Shown: positions 57,341 to 64,000 of the stretch, piece by piece
Position numbering within the stretch: the stretch's first letter is position 1
Layout: the number at the start of each line of letters is the position of its first letter
Assembly (NCBI GenBank): GCA_021789605.1
Contig: JAJYJI010000003.1
Coordinates: forward strand, 36,450-100,449
Source: a bacterium
GTDB lineage: Bacteria; SZUA-79; Acidulodesulfobacterales; Acidulodesulfobacteraceae
Direction of reading: 5' to 3'
DNA length: 64,000 bases
The notes under the pieces: model-generated
Seen by the model: only the letters and a program-made list of their open reading frames with translations
The model's database searches: none
Told to the model about the DNA's origin: nothing
Position numbers and translations under genes: made by a program

Positions 57341-59248
57341 ATGAAAATCATTGACAAAATTGGTCCAAAATTAGACGTAAATGCTTTTGAACGCAGCGGA
57401 CGAAAAAAAATAACGTCCGTATTAAACTGGAGCGGCGTCGCTTTATTGGACGACGGCGACAACAAAGTCGACCTGGCAAGATGCTATATGCGCGAGCTCC
57501 AAAAACTTTCCTGCGGAGTTTGCATACCTTGCAGGATAGGAACGTCCGTCGCAGGAGAAATACTCGAAAATATGTGCACAGGCAAGGCCGGCGACTATGA
57601 CATAGACAGGCTTAAAAATCAGTGCGAATGGATTTTATCGGCCTCTAAATGCACCGTGGGAAGCATAGGTCCAAAGGCCGTATTGGAACTTATCGAAAAT
57701 TTCAGGGACGATTTTATTAAAGCCGTATCAGACAAGGAAATAATACCGGAAGGCGAGTATATCGTTAAAACGACGGCCCCTTGCATAAACGGCTGTCCTT
57801 CAAAATTGGACATTCCAAACTGGATAGAAAGGGTAAGGGACGGCCGTTACGAAGACGCTTTGGAATCCGCCAGAAGAAACACCCCTCTTGCGGCCATTCT
57901 GGGCAGAAGCTGTTTCCATCCGTGTCAGGATAACTGCAGGAGGGCAAACGTCGATGAGCCGATTCAGATTTGCCTCATAAGAAGGTTTGCCGCCGATAAC
58001 GAATTTTACTCCCAAGTAAGACCTGTTTTCGACATAAAAGATAACGGAATTAAAGTTGCGATAATAGGTTCGGGACCGGCAGGTTTAAGCTGCGCCTATT
58101 ATCTGCGTTTAATGGGTTATAAGCCGGTTATTTTTGAAGCTCTTCAGGTTTTAGGCGGAATGATGACGGTAGGCATTCCAAGATACCGTCTTCCTCAGGA
58201 AATTTTAGACAAAGAAATAGGCTATATACTTTCAACGGGCATTGATTATGAACTGAACAAAAGGCTCGGGACCGATTTTAACGTTAAAGATTTGTTTGAA
58301 CGAGGATTTAAAGCAGTTTATCTTGCGGTAGGCGCGCATAAAGGCCAGAACATAGGCCTGCCTGGGGAAAAAGACAACCTTAAAGGCTGTTACGAAGGCG
58401 TCAAATTTTTAAGGGATTCCGCTCTGGGAAATAAAATAGAAGTAAGCAATAAAGTCGTCATTGAAGGCGGCGGCAATGTGGCTATGGACTGCTGCAGGAC
58501 GGCCGTAAGGTTGGGATATAAAGAAGTAATAGTCGCGTACCGCAGGGCAAGGGAACAGATGCCCGCCGCGCCGTATGAAATAGATACCGCTATCAGCGAA
58601 GGCGTAAAGTTCGAATTTTTAACAAACCCCATAGCCATAATTCATGAGAACGGGAAAGTCAAAGGATTAAGGTGCGTCAGAATGGAGCTTGGAGAACCCG
58701 ATGCAAGCGGCAGGAGGAGTCCGGTCGAAATAAAAGGAAGCGAATTCGATATGGATTGCGATTCTTTTATTATGGCGGTGGGACAGGTGTCGGAGCTGGA
58801 TTTTCTTAAAGACGCGCCGGAAATTAAAACCTATAAGGGCAAAACGATAGCCGTGGACGATTATACGCATATGACGGATATGCCCGGAGTTTTTGCCGGA
58901 GGAGACGCCATGACGGGACCGATTAGCATCGTGGATTCCAACAGGGACGGCAAAAACGCGGCGAGAAGAATAGACGAGTATATCAGGACGGGTTCTTTCG
59001 ATATTACCGACGAAGATATTTTTGAAAAATTGCTTATGAAAATCGGCGTGTACGATAAAAATGAAATAATAGATTACCCCGATTTTCCCGCAGGAAACTA
59101 TGCGCCAAAGCAGGTTGAAGAACCGGTAGGCAAAAGGATAAACAATTTTTCCGAAGCCGAAAAAGGTTTTACTTCCGGCGACGCCGCTTACGAAGCCCTA
59201 AGGTGTATGCGGTGCTATATGCTTATGCTTCTTAAATTTGAGGATTAA
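57341..59248 (+). CDS. Fusion protein: NuoF C-terminal 4Fe-4S domain joined to a GltD/NfnB-like FAD- and NAD(P)H-binding iron-sulfur oxidoreductase (occupies the nuoE/nuoF position)
   Basis: The N-terminal part has SCGVCIPCRIG ... SKCTVG ... FRDDF (the NuoF N3-cluster region, 57512-57532). The remainder has CINGCP ... CFHPCQDNCRR, VAIIGSGPAGLSCAYYL, VVIEGGGNVAMDCCRTAVRLG and FAGGDA, as in glutamate synthase small-subunit-like proteins. I chose the ATG at 57341, although the open frame extends to 57281. Confidence 0.8.
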   Translation: MKIIDKIGPKLDVNAFERSGRKKITSVLNWSGVALLDDGDNKVDLARCYMRELQKLSCGVCIPCRIGTSVAGEILENMCTGKAGDYDIDRLKNQCEWILSASKCTVGSIGPKAVLELIENFRDDFIKAVSDKEIIPEGEYIVKTTAPCINGCPSKLDIPNWIERVRDGRYEDALESARRNTPLAAILGRSCFHPCQDNCRRANVDEPIQICLIRRFAADNEFYSQVRPVFDIKDNGIKVAIIGSGPAGLSCAYYLRLMGYKPVIFEALQVLGGMMTVGIPRYRLPQEILDKEIGYILSTGIDYELNKRLGTDFNVKDLFERGFKAVYLAVGAHKGQNIGLPGEKDNLKGCYEGVKFLRDSALGNKIEVSNKVVIEGGGNVAMDCCRTAVRLGYKEVIVAYRRAREQMPAAPYEIDTAISEGVKFEFLTNPIAIIHENGKVKGLRCVRMELGEPDASGRRSPVEIKGSEFDMDCDSFIMAVGQVSELDFLKDAPEIKTYKGKTIAVDDYTHMTDMPGVFAGGDAMTGPISIVDSNRDGKNAARRIDEYIRTGSFDITDEDIFEKLLMKIGVYDKNEIIDYPDFPAGNYAPKQVEEPVGKRINNFSEAEKGFTSGDAAYEALRCMRCYMLMLLKFED

Positions 59249-59254
59249 GATAAA

Positions 59255-61357
59255 TTGGACGTAGAAATAACAATAAACGATAAAAAGCTGATAACGCAGG
59301 ACAGCCTGACCATTTTGGAAGCCGCTTCGCAGGCGGGCATAAAAATTCCTACGCTCTGCTACCTAAAAAGATTGATACCCATAGGCTCATGCAGAATCTG
59401 TTCGGTCGAAGTTAAAGGAATAGAGCGTCCCGTACCTTCCTGCGTCGCAAAGGTAAAAGAAGGATACGAGATTTATACGGATACCGAAAAAGTCTGGCGC
59501 GTAAGGAAAGAAGCCCTATCCCATCTCCTGTTGGACCATCCGCTCGACTGTCCCGTTTGCGATAAATCGGGATTATGCTTATTGCAGGATTTAACGTTTG
59601 AGTTCGGACTTACCAAGCAGGAAAATAAAAAATTATATCCCGACAGAACGCATATTTTTGAAAGCGAATATATCGAATATATGGCGACGAGATGCGTTAT
59701 GTGTTCCAGATGCATAAGGGTATGCTCCGACATGTACGGAAACCCTTTTTACGAAATTAAAGGGAGCGGCTACGACAGTTACATAGGATTAAGGCACGAG
59801 GACAAAAAACAATACGGCGGCAGTCCCGCGGGCAGTTCCTTTAAAGAGGTTAAAAAGGAAACTAATATTTTAAAATGCTATTATTGCGGAAACTGCATAG
59901 AAGTCTGTCCGGTGGGGGCCCTTATTTCCAAACCGTCTAAATTTAAAGAAAGATACTGGCAGGAGTCTCCTTTTTCATCCGTGTGCGATAAATGTTCGGC
60001 CGCTTGCAGAACCGAATATTACAGATATGCCAACGAGGAATCTTTGGTCAGGACGGAATCTTTATTCGGCGGATATTTATGCAAATCAGGTTTTTTTTAC
60101 GAAGGCATAGGAAAAAATAACGGCTATTACATTTCGGCGTCTTATATTAAAAAGAAATCCGTTTCCGAAGAAACAGCCCCCGAAAACGCAATTAACGAAT
60201 TTGCCTTAAGAATTAAAAAAATTTCCGAAAAAGGCGAAATGGAAAATACCGCGGTTTTAGTTTCTTCCGCCGTTTCCGAAAACGACGGTTTTGCCGTATC
60301 TAAATTCGCAAAAGATATTTTAAAACCCGGATATTTCGATATTGCCGAACCGGAATTATACAGGTCTAATTTTCTTAAGTTCAGGGAGCTGTTTAAAGGC
60401 GAGGATTATTTCGATATTAAGGCCGTCAGGAATTCCGAGGCCATGCTCTACATAGGAGACATCGAGAACGAAATTCCCTATGTTTCGTATAATATTATGA
60501 AAACGCATAGAGAACAAGGCGGCAAACTTTTGTCGGTGAATATAAAAAAAGAATTAAACCGGCCGCTCTCGAGATTCGAAGATATCGCGTCCGAAACCAT
60601 AGTTTCCGATATTTCTTCGGCGCCGGGTTTTCTAAACGGATTAAAGGAATCTATTTTCGGAACAGGACGCGGCGGCGGCGGCGAAATAGCGAAAAATATT
60701 CTCGAAGCAGATTCAATTTCTATTATATTAGGCGATTATTTTATGTCTTCTCGCGCTCTGGACGAGGAATTTTTAATATTAAAGGAAATAGCGGGATTTT
60801 TAAGAAACGAGCAAAAAACCTTATATATTTTTCCGCTTATAAAACCCTTTAATTACAGAGGGTTGATGAATGCCGGCGTTAATCCCGCCGCCGGTTCCGG
60901 ATTTAATTCAATCTGTTCCGGTTTAAGTTCCGGTAAAATTAAAAATCTCATATATATAGGCGACGTTTCCAAAACGGACTCTTCCAAAGAGTTCATTAAG
61001 CACGCCTCGGACATGGAATTTTTAGCCGTTTTTTCCTCCAAGTCAAGCATTGTGTCTTCCATGGCCGACGTCGTTATTCCCGTTAAGGATTTTCTTGAAA
61101 ATAATAATTCTTTTTATGAAAATTTCGAGGGTAAAACGATAAGCTTAAACAACGAATTTAATTTAGGCGGATACAGATACGGCATTTTACCGCTTCTCGC
61201 CGAAATTTCCGGCAGGCTCGGATATTCTTTTAATTATATAAATAATGAATTATCCGGTTTTATTGATTCATTAAAAAATAAAGATGTGATATATTATAAT
61301 AAAATTAAAGGCAGAAGCAGGTTTTATTATAACGATAGAACCAAAAATTTTTATTAA
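59255..61357 (+). CDS. nuoG: NuoG-like iron-sulfur subunit (75-kDa homologue) with an eight-Cys 2x[4Fe-4S] ferredoxin motif
   Basis: TTG start. Has a 2Fe-2S motif (C-x10-C-x2-C-x13-C), the His-ligated cluster HPLDCPVCDKSGLC, CVMCSRCIRVC plus CYYCGNCIEVCP, and CDKCSAAC-x26-C (an N7/Mop-type 4Fe-4S motif). The C-terminal 400 aa or so are divergent. Confidence 0.85.
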   Translation: MDVEITINDKKLITQDSLTILEAASQAGIKIPTLCYLKRLIPIGSCRICSVEVKGIERPVPSCVAKVKEGYEIYTDTEKVWRVRKEALSHLLLDHPLDCPVCDKSGLCLLQDLTFEFGLTKQENKKLYPDRTHIFESEYIEYMATRCVMCSRCIRVCSDMYGNPFYEIKGSGYDSYIGLRHEDKKQYGGSPAGSSFKEVKKETNILKCYYCGNCIEVCPVGALISKPSKFKERYWQESPFSSVCDKCSAACRTEYYRYANEESLVRTESLFGGYLCKSGFFYEGIGKNNGYYISASYIKKKSVSEETAPENAINEFALRIKKISEKGEMENTAVLVSSAVSENDGFAVSKFAKDILKPGYFDIAEPELYRSNFLKFRELFKGEDYFDIKAVRNSEAMLYIGDIENEIPYVSYNIMKTHREQGGKLLSVNIKKELNRPLSRFEDIASETIVSDISSAPGFLNGLKESIFGTGRGGGGEIAKNILEADSISIILGDYFMSSRALDEEFLILKEIAGFLRNEQKTLYIFPLIKPFNYRGLMNAGVNPAAGSGFNSICSGLSSGKIKNLIYIGDVSKTDSSKEFIKHASDMEFLAVFSSKSSIVSSMADVVIPVKDFLENNNSFYENFEGKTISLNNEFNLGGYRYGILPLLAEISGRLGYSFNYINNELSGFIDSLKNKDVIYYNKIKGRSRFYYNDRTKNFY

Positions 61358-61379
61358 AAATTTAAGGTAGCTTAAGATT

Positions 61380-62366
61380 ATGATATTCTGGCTTATAGCG
61401 GAAATTATAAAAATAATCGTCGTTTTTGTCTGCCTGCTGCTTTCCGCGGCTTATCTGACGCTTTTAGAGCGCAAAATAGCCGCCAGGATACAAAACAGGA
61501 TGGGACCTATGGAAGCGGGTTTCCACGGATTGCTGCAGCCGATAGCCGACGGAATCAAGCTATTTTTTAAAGAAGATATAATACCCGGAAACGCCGACAA
61601 GCTTTTATTTCTTTTGGCGCCGATAATAGTCGTTATTCCTGCGTTAACGACCTTTGCCGTTATTCCTTTCGGCGCTCCCGTAAAAATTATGGGGCATACC
61701 GTTCCCCTCCAGATAACCGACGTAAATATAGGCGTACTCTTTATACTGGCATTGACTTCGCTGGGCGTTTACGGAGTCGTGCTGGGCGGATGGGCATCCA
61801 ACAGCAAGTATTCTTTGCTTGGCGCGATAAGAACCGCGGCGCAAATGATAAGCTACGAAATCTCCTTGGTTCTTTCTATCGTAGGCATAATAATGCTCGC
61901 GGGAGATTTAAGCTTGGCTAAAATAGTTTCCGAGCAGTCGCATATGTGGTTTATAGTATATCAGCCCGTAGGGTTTATAATCTATCTTATAGCATCTACC
62001 GCCGAAATGAACAGGGTTCCTTTCGATTTGGGAGAAGCGGAAGGAGAAATAGTCGGGGGTTTTCATACGGAATATTCCAGCATGGAGTTTGCGTTCTATT
62101 TTATCGGCGAATATGCACAGATGGTCGTAAACAGCGCTATAATAGTCACGTTGTTTCTGGGAGGCTGGCAGGGCCCGTTTCTTCCGTCCGTTTTATGGTT
62201 TTTAATAAAAGTATTTTTTGTTATACTCGTCTATCTTTGGCTGAGATGGACGTATCCAAGGTTAAGATACGACGAGCTTATGGACCTGGGATGGAAATTC
62301 CTGTTGCCGCTGGCTTTAGCCAACATTATAGTTACCGGTTTTATAATGATTTTATTAAACAGGTAA
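61380..62366 (+). CDS. nuoH: NADH-quinone oxidoreductase subunit H
   Basis: Has LLERKIAARIQNRMGP, GLLQPIADGIKLF, and NRVPFDLGEAEGEIVGGFHTEYS. Confidence 0.95.
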   Translation: MIFWLIAEIIKIIVVFVCLLLSAAYLTLLERKIAARIQNRMGPMEAGFHGLLQPIADGIKLFFKEDIIPGNADKLLFLLAPIIVVIPALTTFAVIPFGAPVKIMGHTVPLQITDVNIGVLFILALTSLGVYGVVLGGWASNSKYSLLGAIRTAAQMISYEISLVLSIVGIIMLAGDLSLAKIVSEQSHMWFIVYQPVGFIIYLIASTAEMNRVPFDLGEAEGEIVGGFHTEYSSMEFAFYFIGEYAQMVVNSAIIVTLFLGGWQGPFLPSVLWFLIKVFFVILVYLWLRWTYPRLRYDELMDLGWKFLLPLALANIIVTGFIMILLNR

Positions 62367-62379
62367 AAACGAAAAAGAT

Positions 62380-62895
62380 ATGAATACCGAAAAACAGGAA
62401 AACTCAATTATAGAAATTTCCAGGAATTTCTTAATAGGGTTAAAGACTACTATAAAAACATTTTTTAGCAAGCCTGTAACGTTTCAATATCCTAAGGAAA
62501 GGCTCAGAATAGCCGAAAGATTCAGGGCGTTTCCGCATCTTAACGTTAACGGAGACGGCTCGTTAAGATGCGTAGCCTGTTTTTTATGCCAGACGGTTTG
62601 TCCTTCGGAAGCTATTAAAATAAAAAGCGGCTATGTGGATTACGGATTCGAGCACGAACTTACCGAAAGGCAAAAACATAATCACAGCTTAGATAAATTA
62701 GGCGGCGGAATGTTTAGCGACGGAAGGCGGCACCCCTCTTCGTTCGAAATAGATTTATTAAGATGCATCTGCTGCGGATACTGCGAAGAAATTTGCCCCG
62801 AAGAAGCGATAAGTTTGGGCAGCGATTACGAAGTGGCTTTTTATTCGCGGGACGAAGGAATTTACGGAATAGAAAAATTAATAAAATCAAGGTAA
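62380..62895 (+). CDS. nuoI: NADH-quinone oxidoreductase subunit I (with an insertion between the two ferredoxin motifs)
   Basis: Has CVACFLCQTVCP and CICCGYCEEICP, plus the N-terminal TFQYPKER motif. Confidence 0.9.
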   Translation: MNTEKQENSIIEISRNFLIGLKTTIKTFFSKPVTFQYPKERLRIAERFRAFPHLNVNGDGSLRCVACFLCQTVCPSEAIKIKSGYVDYGFEHELTERQKHNHSLDKLGGGMFSDGRRHPSSFEIDLLRCICCGYCEEICPEEAISLGSDYEVAFYSRDEGIYGIEKLIKSR

Positions 62896-62936
62896 ATATA
62901 AAATTTTAAAAAATATTAAATAATAAGAGGATTATT

Positions 62937-63440
62937 TTGGAAACGCTTTTTTATATTTTTTCGTTTATCGCAATCTTTTCTGCCGTAATGGTCATAACGA
63001 TGAAAAATCCTTTAACCTCCGCCCTCTATTTAGTATTGTGTTTTTTTGCGCTTGCCGGCTTTTACGTAATGCTTGATATGCAATTTCTTGCCGCCATGCA
63101 GATTATTATATATGCGGGCGCGATAATGGTTCTCGTGGTTCTGGTCATAATGCTGTTAAACTTATCGAAAATAAGGCATATTAAGGCGGGGCTTCATCAG
63201 ATACTTATCGGAATATTTATTTCCGCCGTTTTATTTGTCGAAATAGTTTTATATATTTTTAACGGAGAAAGTAGAAATTCTTCGGGAATATTTACGCGCG
63301 CGTTAATTAAAAAAATAGGGAATACTCAGGTTATCGGAGAATTTTTATTTACCAGGTATATGCTGCCTTTCGAGATGGCGTCGGCTCTTCTATTCGTCGC
63401 CATAGTAGGGGCGTACCTGTTCGCCAAAAAGAAATTATAA
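62937..63440 (+). CDS. nuoJ: NADH-quinone oxidoreductase subunit J
   Basis: TTG start after a GAGGA Shine-Dalgarno. It is a hydrophobic 167 aa protein with ITMKNPLTSALYLVL and IIYAGAIMVL motifs. Confidence 0.88.
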   Translation: METLFYIFSFIAIFSAVMVITMKNPLTSALYLVLCFFALAGFYVMLDMQFLAAMQIIIYAGAIMVLVVLVIMLLNLSKIRHIKAGLHQILIGIFISAVLFVEIVLYIFNGESRNSSGIFTRALIKKIGNTQVIGEFLFTRYMLPFEMASALLFVAIVGAYLFAKKKL

Positions 63441-63463
63441 CAATCAGGCAGGGTGATATATAT

Positions 63464-63775
63464 ATGAACGGCTGGATAGATATGAACAGTTACTTAATAG
63501 TCGCAAGCGTGATTTTTTGCATAGGAGTTCTCGGGGTAATTATCCGTAAAAATTTAATAATAGTATTTATGAGCTTAGAGCTTATGTTCAATTCGGCCAA
63601 TTTGGGGTTCGTAGCTGTTTCCAATTATCTTAATCTCATATCCGGCGATATATTCGTTATTTTCGTGATGGTAGTCGCCGCCGCCGAGGCGGCAATAGCT
63701 TTAGGAATCGCCATAGCTTTCTACAGGGAAAAGGGAACGGTCGATATAGATGCGGCAAATGAATTAAAAAATTAA
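63464..63775 (+). CDS. nuoK: NADH-quinone oxidoreductase subunit K
   Basis: A three-TM protein with SLELMFNSANL and VVAAAEAAIALGI. An alternative start lies at 63482 (MNSYLIV). Confidence 0.9.
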   Translation: MNGWIDMNSYLIVASVIFCIGVLGVIIRKNLIIVFMSLELMFNSANLGFVAVSNYLNLISGDIFVIFVMVVAAAEAAIALGIAIAFYREKGTVDIDAANELKN

Positions 63776-63789
63776 AGGATAATATTTAT

Positions 63790-64000
63790 ATGGATTTAAA
63801 AATATTAATAACATGGCTGATACCGTTATTTCCTTTATCCGGCTGGATTATCTGGGGGTTATTGGGAAAATATTTCAAAGGTTATTCAGGGTATCTTGCC
63901 TCGGCTTTCGTGTCCGCGTCTTTTATCTTATCCGTCGTTCTTTTATTTATCGTAGCTAATTCTCACGGATATACCGATACTATTTATCCGTGGATTCGCG
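63790..64000 (+). CDS. nuoL: NADH-quinone oxidoreductase subunit L, N-terminal fragment (runs off the window)
   Basis: ATG at 63790. The hydrophobic N-terminus MDLKILITWLIPLFPLSGWIIWG is typical of NuoL, and its position after nuoK fits. Confidence 0.8.
   Translation, partial: MDLKILITWLIPLFPLSGWIIWGLLGKYFKGYSGYLASAFVSASFILSVVLLFIVANSHGYTDTIYPWIR

Noticed and set aside
61946-62383. A 145-aa + strand ORF in an alternative frame, overlapping nuoH and the nuoI start.
   Set aside because: It is an Arg/Ser/Tyr-rich out-of-frame translation of the nuoH membrane-protein codons. The nuoH frame carries all the conserved motifs.

Overview
This window reads as 64 kb of AT-rich core chromosome from a diderm (LPS-containing) bacterium. 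I call 59 protein-coding genes, all on the + strand and tightly packed, many with overlapping stop and start codons.

Gene order:
- ilvB(3' end)-ilvN-ilvC-psd-pssA-leuA | leuC-leuD-leuB-asd-murJ
- phoH-like / 7TM-HD / ybeY / dgkA-PAP2 / mazG / lnt | prfB-lysS
- lolC(F)-lolD-bamA-skp-lpxD-fabZ-lpxA-lpxI-lpxB-msbA-waaA
- rplU-rpmA-obg | proB-proA-nadD-rsfS-lapB-like-gpmI-rluD-coaE
- degenerate GGDEF protein, then rho | PAS histidine kinase plus NtrC-family sigma-54 activator
- heme-c chemoreceptor, acs, pepA
- nuoA-B-C-D-[NuoF-tail/GltD fusion]-G-H-I-J-K-L(5' end)

I found no rRNA, tRNA, CRISPR array, transposase, integrase, phage gene or recognisable defence system. This is an ordinary housekeeping region, not an accessory island.

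The most unusual item is the complex I operon. nuoE and the FMN/NADH-binding part of nuoF are absent. One ORF replaces them, fusing the NuoF C-terminal 4Fe-4S domain to a GltD/NfnB-like FAD/NAD(P)H oxidoreductase. The nuoG-like gene after it carries an extra ferredoxin-type Cys motif.

Other points worth a second look:
- a chemoreceptor with a periplasmic CxxCH motif and a four-Cys insertion inside its HAMP domain
- the prfB +1 programmed frameshift, which the ORF track splits
- a DgkA-PAP2 fusion
- a GGDEF protein that has lost its active site but keeps the RxxD I-site
- a BamA with an N-terminal extension of about 175 aa

All protein identifications rest on family motifs I recognise by eye plus gene context. 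No database search, HMM scan or RNA folding was run.
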